Assembly (NCBI GenBank): GCA_965223005.1
Contig: CBDCVK010000006.1
Location: 1 to 64,000 of the forward strand
Length of the DNA: 64,000 nt
Reading direction: 5' to 3'
DNA from: Terriglobia bacterium
GTDB taxonomy: Bacteria > Acidobacteriota > Terriglobia > JAJPHL01 > JAPKYU01
Notes under the pieces: generated by a model
What the model was told of the DNA's origin: nothing
The model's input: only the letters and a program-made list of their open reading frames with translations
The model's database searches: none
Shown: piece by piece, positions 23,737-35,802 of the stretch
Layout: each line of letters opens with the position of its first letter
How positions within the stretch are numbered: position 1 is the stretch's first letter
Translations under genes and position numbers: made by a program

Positions 23737-24681
23737 CTACGCTCTCTTGACCACTTTCTTGTAGTAGTCGATGTCCGGGCCTGCGAACGGCTTGGTACGC
23801 TCCAGCAAAGCCTTCTTCTCGGCCGCCGGCATGGGCTCGAATTTCATGGCCAGGTCCAGGTTGGTTTTCAGGAATTCCATACGGTCCATGCCCGAAATCA
23901 GCACCGACACCGGAAGCGACCAGACGTAGCGCAGCGCCTCGCTGAGCGTGTGGGCGCGGATGAGGGCACGCCCGCGCGACAGCGTCTTGAACGCCAGCAC
24001 GCCCATGTTTTTCTCCACCACCTTGGGCAGCACCTGGTTCTGGAAGCTGTGCCAGTGCGCGTCCACGATGTTGATGACCATCATGACCGCATCCCAATCA
24101 TAGCGCTCCAGCATGTCCAGGTGCACTGCCGGATCGGTGTGGCCCGTAAAGCCGAGGTAGCGAATCTTCCCTTCTTTTCTGGCCTTCTCCGCCACTTCCA
24201 TCGCGCCCCCGGGTCCGAAGATCGTGTCGATTTGCTTGAAGTCGGTAATATCGTGGAACTGCCACAGGTCAATCGCGTCGGTCCGCAGGCGACCCAAGCT
24301 GTCTTCCAGCTGCTTCTGGGCTCCGACGGCGTCGCGCGCATGAACCTTGGTCATCACGAAAGCTTGCCGCCGCTTGCTGGGAGCCGCCAGGGCCTTGCCC
24401 ATGCGCTCTTCACAGAGGCCGTCGTCGTAGAGCCAGGCGTTATCGAAGAAGGTGGCGCCCAAGTCGAGGGCGTAGTCCATCATGCGCAGTGCTTCCTTCT
24501 CCTCGCGGGGCCTGCCAAGGTCGGAGCCACCCAGGCCAATCATGGATACTTTTTCGCCCGTTTTGCCCAGCGGGCGCAGTGGAATGCGAGTCCCTGTGCC
24601 GCGCGGTGGCGAGTAGCCCTCCAGCACCGGGTGTGCTGCGGCTACTGCTGCGGCGGATTGCAGAAATTGGCGGCGATTCAT
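23737..24681 (-). CDS. Aldo/keto reductase with Tat-type signal peptide
   Basis: Start MNRRQFLQ after RBS gaggaaggag; LGKTG..VS.IGLG, FFDNAWLY, SL.RLRTD.IDLWQFH, GFTGH. Confidence 0.9.
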   Translation of the reverse strand: MNRRQFLQSAAAVAAAHPVLEGYSPPRGTGTRIPLRPLGKTGEKVSMIGLGGSDLGRPREEKEALRMMDYALDLGATFFDNAWLYDDGLCEERMGKALAAPSKRRQAFVMTKVHARDAVGAQKQLEDSLGRLRTDAIDLWQFHDITDFKQIDTIFGPGGAMEVAEKARKEGKIRYLGFTGHTDPAVHLDMLERYDWDAVMMVINIVDAHWHSFQNQVLPKVVEKNMGVLAFKTLSRGRALIRAHTLSEALRYVWSLPVSVLISGMDRMEFLKTNLDLAMKFEPMPAAEKKALLERTKPFAGPDIDYYKKVVKRA

Positions 24682-24749
24682 GGGAACTCCTTCCTCTTTC
24701 GGGTTGATCGTACATCGGAGGCTGCGGCCTGTCAATCCACGAAGGCTTA

Positions 24750-25448
24750 CTACTTCAGCTCCAGGGAGATGGCTCGCACGGGGGTTGAGCCGATGTTCTC
24801 CAGGATCTGCTGTTGCGCCGGGAGCCACACCCACTGGGCCGGTCGAAGGGAAATCTCTTCCTGGTATCCGGTGTCGTCGGTCGAGCGCAACTGGCCGCCC
24901 TCCAGGATGACCCAAACTCGTGGGCCGTATGGATGCATGGGAGACTTGCTGCCAGGAGCGAATGTCTGGTCAAACGCCACCAGATGTGGGTTCTCGTAGA
25001 CGTTCTTTGCTCCCGTCACCGGGCCCTGATAAGCGCCGGTGGGTTCGGTTTTCTTCAGGAGCGCCTGGACGACACGAATCTCGGTCTGACCTATGTTCCG
25101 GCGCGCTTCGACCTTGCCAATGCCGCTCTGCCAAAGCACGTCACCGGCCCGCCGCTCCTGCTGCTGCTTTTCTCCGCTGGCCTGAACGTGTTCCATCGTC
25201 CCACCCTGGACGACAACCCCGACTACGCCGATCGTGTTGTCTGCTACCAGTTGCTTGGAAGCCACCCCGGCACCCGGTTCCCAGAGGACGTCAATTACCC
25301 GAACGCGGTCGTTTTCGAACACGGGTCCCACCTGAGGCTGCTTAAGAGGCTGCTTCAACGGTGCCTGTTTGCAGCCGGTTAGCGCGGCCACGGCCAGAAA
25401 CCAGCAGCCGGCCCAGAGCGCGGCCCGCGTCTTGCCGTGTTTGTTCAT
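24750..25448 (-). CDS. Lipoprotein with tandem cupin-like domains
   Basis: Lipobox LTGC; repeated ENDRVRV/ENPHLV..PG units. Confidence 0.7.
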   Translation of the reverse strand: MNKHGKTRAALWAGCWFLAVAALTGCKQAPLKQPLKQPQVGPVFENDRVRVIDVLWEPGAGVASKQLVADNTIGVVGVVVQGGTMEHVQASGEKQQQERRAGDVLWQSGIGKVEARRNIGQTEIRVVQALLKKTEPTGAYQGPVTGAKNVYENPHLVAFDQTFAPGSKSPMHPYGPRVWVILEGGQLRSTDDTGYQEEISLRPAQWVWLPAQQQILENIGSTPVRAISLELK

Positions 25449-25579
25449 GGCACGAGCCTATCAGAACCTATCTTTGCTTCCAATGTGCGCTTCCAATGTG
25501 CCTCCGACTATGCCTCCAACTGCCTGCGGTCCAACCGGCGGGCCGCCTCTTCCTGTCAGACTCGTCGAGGAACGGCAAC

Positions 25580-27805
25580 CTAACGCCGGGGACGGAATTC
25601 CCCGGACGCCAGACGGCGGAGCTCGGCCACGATGTCGTCGCGGTCGGCTGCGCGCAGTGAAGCGGCAAGTCTGCGCAGAGCCACGCTGATGATCTGGTCA
25701 TGGTGCAGACCACGCAGGTTCGGGTCCGCGGTCAGCTCCAGCCACAGCCGGTGCAGCAATTCCACGTCCTCCGGGCGCAGCGACGGGGCGTGGGGTCCCA
25801 TCAGGAAGCTTTGGGTGTCACCGCTGGGCTTGATGATTTGCAAGGACAAGCGAGGTCGGGGATGGGGCAGCTTTTCCCATGCGAGGCCGGTCCGGCGGGC
25901 CTGCTCCTGCGGGGTTAGCTTGTGGGACGTCCCTGCTACCACAGCAGAAGACTGCAAACGCTGGGCGGTCAGCATGACTGCCTCGAAGGGATCGGTTCCC
26001 GGCACCACCGTCAAGAAGACGGGCTTGCCCATTTTTTCGGCGTGGCTAACAACACGGCTGAAGAGCATCTGTTCATATTGGCTGAAGGTGTTTTGGTCAC
26101 CGGCCAGATGCTCGGCGAAGTCGCCGCCGCTGACCAGCCGCGTGGTCATCACGACCACATCGCGTTCGTCGGTGTCGGTGCGCCCAAGGAGGTGGTCCAA
26201 ATGCTCCAGGGTGTTTTGATCACGTACCCCCACCAGGATGTTGCCCGGCCGGCACCCCACCGAGTCCCGGGTCACCTGCTCCTGGGCGCTCAGGTTGAAT
26301 TTCTCCATGCCGATTTGGGCAGCGCGGCGGCGGGTGGTGATGTACTCGGAAACGTTGAAAACGATAAACAGGAAAGCGGTAAAGGAAAGGCCAGCGACGG
26401 TGGCTACTTTCTTGGTGAACAAGTTGGTGAAGGCGACCGAGAACAGCACCAGCGCGATCAGGCAGATTCCCACCGGTATTTCGTGGCGGCCCACCCGGAA
26501 GTTCCCCGGCACGCGCCACTCGCGCGGGCCGGGATTCTTGAAGCGCAGCACCAAGGTGGAGATCGTCATCAGCGTGAAACTCCACATGACTCCGAAAGCG
26601 TACGCTTCACCCAGCAGGTAGACATTGCCGCGGCTGACCAGAACGGCAAACAACTGAAGCAGGACCACTATGTTGATCATGCGGTAGGTGGTGCCGAAAC
26701 GGGGATGGGGACGGCGGAACCAATCGGTCAGCACTCCGTCTTCGGCCATGCGGTTCAGCACGCCGTTGGAGCCGATCAAGGCCGTGTTCACGGCCCCGGA
26801 CAACATGAGAGTGCCCACCACCACAACGAAGGCCTGAAACAACAGTCGCAGCTGTTCTGGCCCGACGACGTTCATCGCCAGTCCGCTGATCAGGTTGTTG
26901 GCATAGCGGGTCGTCCGTTCCGCGTCTGGGATCAGGGCGACCGCTAGAAAGGCGGTCAGCGCCGTGAAGCACAAGGTGAAGCCACCGATCAGGATTCCAG
27001 CGCGCCTGAGGTTTTTCAGCTTGGGATGTTCGATTTCCCGGCTCACCTGGGCCAGGGACTCTTCCCCGCTCATGGCCAGAACGGAATGGCCGAAGGCCAT
27101 CACCATAGCGAATGCCAGGATGTTGGTCAGGGGTGTCCCTTTCAACCAACCCAGCGCCGTCTCGTTAAACTGCAAGGTTTCCAGGCTAGGAAAGGGGGCG
27201 AGCTGGCCGCCCCGTAAAAGCAGCGTGATGCCGCACCATGCCAGCACCAGCACCACCAGCACGGTGACCGCGTACATGATGCGTAGAGCTTTTTCACTGG
27301 ACTCGCGCAGCCCGATGATGTTCTTGCGCCAGAAGTACAAGATCACCAGTACCGCAAAGAACATGGAGCTGGCATCACGGGGTAGGTCGACGGCGAGCGA
27401 GTCGTTGATCAGCCCGACCATATACTGACCGGCGGACACCGAACTGATGGGACCGGTGAGCATGTAATCGAACATCAGGGCGGCCACGGCCAGCCGGGCC
27501 ATCGTTCCCCCCATCGCTTCTTTCACCACGCGATAGACCCCGCCGCGGGTAAACATGCCGCAGCTCTCGATGTAGACCATGCGCACGGCGTTGGCGAACA
27601 GCATCACCGCCAAGATGAACCAGGGGGCTGCTCTGCCGTAGGCCTGCTCGGCGATGCCCGCGGCGTAGAAGGCCGACGAGCCCAGGTCGTTGAGGACGAT
27701 GGCGGCAGCGCGCCAGAAGCTGATGAAGCTGAGCAGCACCGTGGTGGCAACCACGATGCGAACCCGCTGTGGAGCTGCCGATGGGGTTTGCGCGATTTCG
27801 GCCAT
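25580..27805 (-). CDS. APC-family permease with cytoplasmic C-terminal (USP-like) domain, KimA-like
   Basis: About 12 TM segments; DLGSSAFY, GGVY.VV, DY.LTGPIS, SGEES, YAFGV. Confidence 0.85.
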   Translation of the reverse strand: MAEIAQTPSAAPQRVRIVVATTVLLSFISFWRAAAIVLNDLGSSAFYAAGIAEQAYGRAAPWFILAVMLFANAVRMVYIESCGMFTRGGVYRVVKEAMGGTMARLAVAALMFDYMLTGPISSVSAGQYMVGLINDSLAVDLPRDASSMFFAVLVILYFWRKNIIGLRESSEKALRIMYAVTVLVVLVLAWCGITLLLRGGQLAPFPSLETLQFNETALGWLKGTPLTNILAFAMVMAFGHSVLAMSGEESLAQVSREIEHPKLKNLRRAGILIGGFTLCFTALTAFLAVALIPDAERTTRYANNLISGLAMNVVGPEQLRLLFQAFVVVVGTLMLSGAVNTALIGSNGVLNRMAEDGVLTDWFRRPHPRFGTTYRMINIVVLLQLFAVLVSRGNVYLLGEAYAFGVMWSFTLMTISTLVLRFKNPGPREWRVPGNFRVGRHEIPVGICLIALVLFSVAFTNLFTKKVATVAGLSFTAFLFIVFNVSEYITTRRRAAQIGMEKFNLSAQEQVTRDSVGCRPGNILVGVRDQNTLEHLDHLLGRTDTDERDVVVMTTRLVSGGDFAEHLAGDQNTFSQYEQMLFSRVVSHAEKMGKPVFLTVVPGTDPFEAVMLTAQRLQSSAVVAGTSHKLTPQEQARRTGLAWEKLPHPRPRLSLQIIKPSGDTQSFLMGPHAPSLRPEDVELLHRLWLELTADPNLRGLHHDQIISVALRRLAASLRAADRDDIVAELRRLASGEFRPRR

Positions 27806-27847
27806 GCTTCGCTAGAGGTTCGGGATGGCCATGACCAAACCGAGCTG

Positions 27848-27877
27848 ATGGTACGTGCCGGCTGGTGTTACTGTCAA
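27848..27877 (-). promoter_or_regulatory. Sigma70-type promoter of the APC permease
   Basis: Minus-strand TTGACA (27877-27872), 18-bp spacer, TACCAT (27853-27848). Confidence 0.65.
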
Positions 27878-27891
27878 TGCAACCGTTCCCC

Positions 27892-27926
27892 CGGTAGTGG
27901 GCTACTTTGAAAGTAGCCCACTACCG
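27892..27926. repeat. Perfect 17-bp inverted repeat (REP-like dyad)
   Basis: cggtagtgggctacttt-g-aaagtagcccactaccg. Confidence 0.9.
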
Positions 27927-27972
27927 TCCCTCGGCCAAGAAGTGCCACATCTGGGAACGCCAATCTGCGCAC

Positions 27973-28863
27973 TCAGAGCTCCCGGTCCGGAGCCGGCTTC
28001 GCCCGAAGGGAGGACGACTGGCGGCCATTAGGAAGCTCGGACGCAGGACGGAAATCGGTGCGCTCGACACGCTTGTGGTATCCCTGATTCTTGATCAGCC
28101 CGATGCGGGCGTGCCACCTTTCTTCGGCAAAGTAGGGGAGCCAGACACCGTTGACCGGCCTTTGCCGCACCTCCATGGTAGCTCCTTGACGGACTTTCAG
28201 CAGCACTCCGCCCCAGACGTTAAAGTCGCGCTTCACCTGGGCCTGGAACCGCACCACGTGCGCGGACTCGGGGTCTACCCAGCTCAGCGCGGTGATATGT
28301 CTCAGCAATTCGGTGGCGCGAGATTTGGACCGGTAGCTTGGCTTCGGCGTCAAGCGGTAGAGGACAGTTCGCCGTCCCTCGACCATCCGTTCCCCCACAC
28401 GTTCGAAGTCGATCGCCTTGGGAACTTCGCCGATCATCGTCTGGTAGCGCTGGTGGCGTTTGGCGGCACGCTGCACCTGCTTCTGCCAATTGTTGTCCTT
28501 GCGGATGTCTGGCCAGGGATCAGTCTTGCGCTGGCCTGTGGGCTGTCCGTTAATCAGCAGTTGCTTATACAGCGGCACGCCGTCCAGGTGGCAAACAAGC
28601 TCCTCGCGCTCCTCGGTCTCTTTCACCCGGCCGTCGTCGCGAAGTTTCTCTTCCAGGATACGCTGGCGGAAGCAGAACTGAAGCAGACGCTTCATGGCCG
28701 CCTGCTGGTTGGCCACAATGCGGGTGATCAGGGATGCATCGGGCGCAGCAGCCGGCTGCCTTTGGGAGAGCTCAACGCCGCGCAACAGTCCCGGCAAGGC
28801 CAGCACCAGAACGGCTGTCCATAGCAGCAGCCTAGTTCTTCCCTCGGGAGATGGTGGCATCAT
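27973..28863 (-). CDS. Secreted hypothetical protein (Acidobacteria-type, possible LolA/lipoprotein-sorting-like fold)
   Basis: Hydrophobic N-terminus; beta-rich pattern F.FE..GE...GR, WVD, GG.L.KV..G, WLP; start uncertain (28863 or 28923). Confidence 0.75.
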   Translation of the reverse strand: MMPPSPEGRTRLLLWTAVLVLALPGLLRGVELSQRQPAAAPDASLITRIVANQQAAMKRLLQFCFRQRILEEKLRDDGRVKETEEREELVCHLDGVPLYKQLLINGQPTGQRKTDPWPDIRKDNNWQKQVQRAAKRHQRYQTMIGEVPKAIDFERVGERMVEGRRTVLYRLTPKPSYRSKSRATELLRHITALSWVDPESAHVVRFQAQVKRDFNVWGGVLLKVRQGATMEVRQRPVNGVWLPYFAEERWHARIGLIKNQGYHKRVERTDFRPASELPNGRQSSSLRAKPAPDREL

Positions 28864-29230
28864 TGCGTCCGTGACTGGCGGGAAGCGGAACAGCTTCCGG
28901 CGCTCTACCTTAGCCTTACGCACCTCTGGCTATTTCGGTTCCATGCTTGCCGAAGATGGCGGTCTCAATTGGGGGTAGTTCTCGCAAGGCCAAGCCCTTG
29001 CTTATAGCATCCCTCCACCCTCAATACAAATTACGCCCGTCCGACCGTTGGGTCGAACGGCCGCTGTGTCTAACGGTTGGTGGCTATCGCTCCAGCTCGC
29101 GACCTAGCGCCTGAGTCTGCCTTGGTCAATAAAACATTTCTGTTGAATCTGATTAAAACATGTAATACGACAATTGAGCCTTTTTGGGGGAAGACCTTGC
29201 TGCAGGGTCTTTGGGGTGAAGGAGGGGAGC

Positions 29231-29548
29231 GTGAGCCGATTTCCGAACTACAAAATCATGCTGATCGTGTTGTTCGCGGCGGCAGTGGGTGCATGGCTTG
29301 GCAGCCAACCGGCGCAGGCGCAGGAGTCGTGCCTTAAGTGGAATGGCTGCTGCTTGGGTTACTGCAATATCCGCTATACCTTTTACTGTGCAACTTGGGT
29401 TTGCCAGGTCGAGATTTGCTCCACGCCTTCGGACAATCCGTATTGTCAGCCACCGTGGGGCGACTGGTATACCGACACTTGTGTGGGGTACGGCTGGCCC
29501 GCGTGCTCCAACCCTGCGTTTTTCTTCTGTCCGCTAACCTGCGCTTGA
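29231..29548 (+). CDS. Small secreted cysteine-rich protein (30-aa signal + 75-aa mature part with 12 Cys)
   Basis: RBS GGAGG at 29221-29225 before GTG 29231; signal peptide ending AQA; strongly non-random Cys/aromatic composition. Confidence 0.8.
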   Translation: MSRFPNYKIMLIVLFAAAVGAWLGSQPAQAQESCLKWNGCCLGYCNIRYTFYCATWVCQVEICSTPSDNPYCQPPWGDWYTDTCVGYGWPACSNPAFFFCPLTCA

Positions 29549-29557
29549 CGAGGCCAC

Positions 29558-30400
29558 ATGTCGAAAGCGTCGGAGCACAAAAGCCTTATGAGACCCAGAT
29601 TTCTGCTGATTCTATTGCTGATGCTGGTTGCTGGCTTGGCCTCGTTTCGGGCCGTCCGATACAGCCGTTCCCAAGCGGTTTTTGCCGAAGCGAGGAAAGC
29701 TTTCTTCGTCAAGATGTATGGGAAGGCCGGACTGGCGGATGATCCCACAAAGTTTCGGGAACGTGACTTTTTCTATGCCGTTCGCAGCGACGGTTCCTAC
29801 GCTCAAGGCGAGTATACCGAGCTTCCAAATGACGGCATGCTGATTCACAGCGGCGGGGTGACGCTGGTTCCAGAAAAGAGGATGATCGGGTTTACTCAAC
29901 GCACGCGGTCGAAGACCACCTTCCATCTGAAAGAAGAACACATCATCAAGCCCTATGCGCGCTTCACGGATTCGAACTGCGCCGTGCACCCCCTGGATCC
30001 CCGGCAATTCGGCGTCCTTGGCGAAGACACCATACTCGGCTTCAGGGTCATCCGTTTACAGGAAGTCAGTGGCGGCGATCAATTCTGGCGAGCGCCGGAC
30101 CTGGATTGCTATGCCCTCCGTAGGAGATTCGAGTACCGGAGACCCGACGGGACCGTGACGGACTATAGCGAAGAAACGGCAATTTCTGTGGATGTAGGGG
30201 AGCCGCCGCCGGAGCTTTTCGAGATCCCGGGCGACTACGTCGAGAGGGCTCCCTCTCAACACCATCAAGCCAACATGGCTGACTGGGCAGCCAGCCAGCA
30301 GCCACCTGTTGCCGTTCCACCCACCAGTCAAGACATTCAGCGAAAGCTGGCAAACAAGGACCAGCAGTACGAGACGTTAAAGGCCAACGCGTCACAGTAG
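29558..30400 (+). CDS. Membrane-anchored/secreted hypothetical protein, partner of the Cys-rich peptide
   Basis: N-terminal TM; W.AP.LDC..L and GEP...LF.IP..Y.E..PS motifs; begins 9 bp after upstream stop. Confidence 0.8.
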   Translation: MSKASEHKSLMRPRFLLILLLMLVAGLASFRAVRYSRSQAVFAEARKAFFVKMYGKAGLADDPTKFRERDFFYAVRSDGSYAQGEYTELPNDGMLIHSGGVTLVPEKRMIGFTQRTRSKTTFHLKEEHIIKPYARFTDSNCAVHPLDPRQFGVLGEDTILGFRVIRLQEVSGGDQFWRAPDLDCYALRRRFEYRRPDGTVTDYSEETAISVDVGEPPPELFEIPGDYVERAPSQHHQANMADWAASQQPPVAVPPTSQDIQRKLANKDQQYETLKANASQ

Positions 30401-30447
30401 GGCCGGGATCTCACGTCTACAAGCTCTTCTGAGCCGATTGTAGAGGT

Positions 30448-31662
30448 TTATCGGCTGGCCTGAACCAGTTTACCAAGGATCGCGGCGTGTCTGGCGCCAG
30501 TAGCGGAGGGCAGGTTGGCCGGGATGGCGCCAGTAGCGGAGGGCAGGTTGGCCGGGATTTTCTGTAGGGTGTGATAGGCCAGCACGGCGAATAGCACCGC
30601 CTCTTTGGCGTCTCCGGGGATCCCAAACTTCTCAGCGGCTAAGATTCGGATGGGCAGCGCGGCCGCCAGCCGCTCCATGAGAAATCGATTGTGGACACCC
30701 CCGCCTGAGATCACGAGGTCGTTGATGGGTCCTGGGGGAAAGCGGCGGATTGCAATGGCGATGGAGTCGGCGGTGAGCGCCGTGGCAGTGGCCAGCAGGT
30801 CTTCGAGCGACAGCTTCTCACGGAGCAGCCTGGCCACAAACTCGCGCCCGAACTCTTCCCGGCCTGCCGTGCGTGGCGCCGGCTGTCGGAAAAACGGGTG
30901 GCGTAACAGGCGGCTCAGCAGCGCTTGGCGCACGCGGCCTCGGGCCGCCATCTGGCCGTCGCGGTCGAAGTGGCGACGGCCGCCGGTGAAGTGCTCCACC
31001 AGCGCATTCAGCACCATGTTGCCAGGACCGGTATCCAGCGCCACCACATCAGCTGGCGCCGCGCCGGGCGGGATCAGGGTAACGTTGGCGATGCCGCCGA
31101 TATTCAGCGCCGCGCGTCCTCGCTGCCGGTGCCGGTAGAGCAGGTAATCGAGGAAGGGCGCCAGTGGCGCGCCCGTGCCTCCCGCCGCCATGTCAGCCGT
31201 ACGGAAGTCTCCCACCGTGGGAACGCCGGTTCGCTCGGCGATTATGGCCGGCTCGCCGATCTGCAACGTCGATGCCCCGCGGAAGCCGTGCGCGTTGCCG
31301 GCGCGGCCCTGGTGATAGATGGTCTGGCCGTGTGAGCCGATCAGTTCCAATGACCGCAGAGGGATTCGCGCTCTGGCGCAAGTTTTCTCAACTGCGCGGG
31401 AGAAAAGTTCCCCGACCAGGAAATTGAGTTGGCTGATTTCAGCCACCGAGATTTGCTTGGCGTTGCAGCTTGCGAGTAGAGCCCGGCGGACTCGGGTCGG
31501 ATAGGGAACCGTGCGGAAGGTTTCCAGGCGCAGACGGATACGCGAGCCGGCACCGTGGATGCGCACGATGGCGACATCGATGCCGTCCATCGAGGTGCCG
31601 CTGATGAGTCCCGCGACGCGGAGTCCGCCCGCGCGCATCCCCTTGCGCGGCCCTTCCCGCAT
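30448..31662 (-). CDS. anmK: Anhydro-N-acetylmuramic acid kinase
   Basis: GLISGTSMDGID, GSHGQT, DFR..DMA.GG.GAPL, NIGGIAN, DTGPGN, GGG.HN, KEA. Confidence 0.96.
   Translation of the reverse strand: MREGPRKGMRAGGLRVAGLISGTSMDGIDVAIVRIHGAGSRIRLRLETFRTVPYPTRVRRALLASCNAKQISVAEISQLNFLVGELFSRAVEKTCARARIPLRSLELIGSHGQTIYHQGRAGNAHGFRGASTLQIGEPAIIAERTGVPTVGDFRTADMAAGGTGAPLAPFLDYLLYRHRQRGRAALNIGGIANVTLIPPGAAPADVVALDTGPGNMVLNALVEHFTGGRRHFDRDGQMAARGRVRQALLSRLLRHPFFRQPAPRTAGREEFGREFVARLLREKLSLEDLLATATALTADSIAIAIRRFPPGPINDLVISGGGVHNRFLMERLAAALPIRILAAEKFGIPGDAKEAVLFAVLAYHTLQKIPANLPSATGAIPANLPSATGARHAAILGKLVQASR
30492..30557. repeat. Perfect 33-bp in-frame tandem duplication in anmK
   Basis: tggcgccagtagcggagggcaggttggccggga x2, encoding IPANLPSATGA x2. 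Confidence 0.95.
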
Positions 31663-32977
31663 CAGGGTTCCCGTGGGGGCCGGCGGCCGGGAGGGCGAGG
31701 AGGCCGCTCGCGGGGGCCGCGCGGCCTGTGTGGACGGCCCGGACCAGGACCGCGGTCTTCACGGCCGCGGCGATCGCGCCGGGGTCCGGCCCCTGGTCGA
31801 GCGTCGCCGCCGCCCGGCGGTGGCCGGCGGGCGCGCTGGGGGCGCGCCGCATCCGTGTTGAAGCGGGGCGTGCCGGCGGCCATGGTGCCCATGTCCTCCG
31901 CGCGTTCGTGCAGGTGCTGAATGGCTTGGCTCAATCGCCGCCAGTCCGGGCGCGGGCGTGCGGTCGCAGCTTTCTGTAGATTCTGCTGGAGCCCCTCGAC
32001 GCGCCGGGCAGCTTCCTGAACCTGCTCGCCGAAGCCGGACTCCTGGCTGGCGCGCTCCACCAGCGCCCGGTGTGCGGCCCGGATGTTCTCAGCCGAGCGG
32101 CAAACGGGCAGCAGGTCGCAGCCAGCTTCGACAGCGGCGACGGCGGCCTCGCCAATCGAGCGGCCGGTCAGCATGCCGCCCATCCCAAGGTCGTCGGAAA
32201 CCACTACCCCGCGGAAGCCGATACGTTCCCGCAGCAGCCCCCGCAGGAGCTGGCTGGAAAGGGAAGCCGGTTGCGCGGTCTCGCCCGTGGCCTCCAGCGA
32301 CGGATACCAGGCGTGGCTCACCATCACCAGGGGAATCTCATTGTGCAGTTCCCGAAAAGGAAGCAGGTCTTCCTCCCACATCTGCTCGGCCGGCTTTTCC
32401 ACACGGGGCAACTCGATATGAGTATCCTCGGACGCGCTGCCCAGGCCTGGAAAATGCTTGCCGCAGCCGACTATGCCCTGGCGGGTGAGGCCCGCCAGGA
32501 AGTTGCGGCCGAAGCGCACCACTTGTGGGGGATCCGCGCTGACTGCGCGGGGGCCCAGCACAGGTTCCGCCGGCGCGCTGGCTAAATCGAGCACGGGCGC
32601 CAGGTCCACATTGAGCCCGAAGCTGGCCAGCGCTTCCCCCACTAGCGCACCAAAATCGCGGACGAAAAGATCGTCGTTTGTAGCGGCCACCGCTCGCGGT
32701 GAAGGGAACGGCGCCAGGACGTTGCGCAGCTGGTCCACCGGGCCGCCCTCCAGGTCCATCGCCAGCAGGGGAGACCCGCCGGGCGGCCCGTGCTCGGCCA
32801 GCGCCTGGACAATCTGCTGGACCAGCGCGGCAAATTCGGCCGCCCCGGCAATATTGTGTCCGAAGAGGATTGCGCCGGCCGGCCGGATCTCGGTCAGCAA
32901 CCGCGCCAGTTCCTCATCAAATGTGTTTTGTTCAAAGCCGACCAACAAGAGCCGGCCGACGGCAGTTTCTGTGTCCA

Positions 32978-32981
<4 letters not shown>
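31662..32981 (-). CDS. nagZ: Beta-N-acetylhexosaminidase (GH3)
   Basis: DLEGG.V, APVLD, KHFPGLG...DTH, SDDLGM; between mutS and anmK. Confidence 0.88.
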
Positions 32982-35599
<2,618 letters not shown>

Positions 35600-35802
35600 C
35601 CTTCAGTGATTATAGTTCGCTTCCCCGGCTTTCGGTTCGCTTCGTTGCGTCGATTAGCATCCTACCGATGGTCGTCAATCCATCTCGCAAATCCTTCTTC
35701 CGCAACAGAAAAGGTGTGCCGACGCACGGTACCTTCAAGTAACCTGATGAGCTTAGAGAAAGTCCAGGCGGCGGCGAAGTGACGAGTTTGTAGAGGCCGA
35801 TA

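Noticed and set aside
23737-24915. ORF-track N-terminal extensions (AKR 24915, trkA 5755, selA 41426, rSAM 61973, Cys-rich 29174)
   Set aside because: Extensions overlap neighbours or promoters; downstream starts match RBS/-10 signals and domain boundaries
29546-29580. Cys-rich ORF and partner are in the same frame separated by one TGA; selA is in the window, so Sec read-through was considered
   Set aside because: Same-frame adjacency has a 1-in-3 chance; the downstream hairpin is weak and close to the UGA; the second ORF has its own GAGG/ATG and N-terminal TM. Not fully excluded without bSECISearch or homolog alignment.
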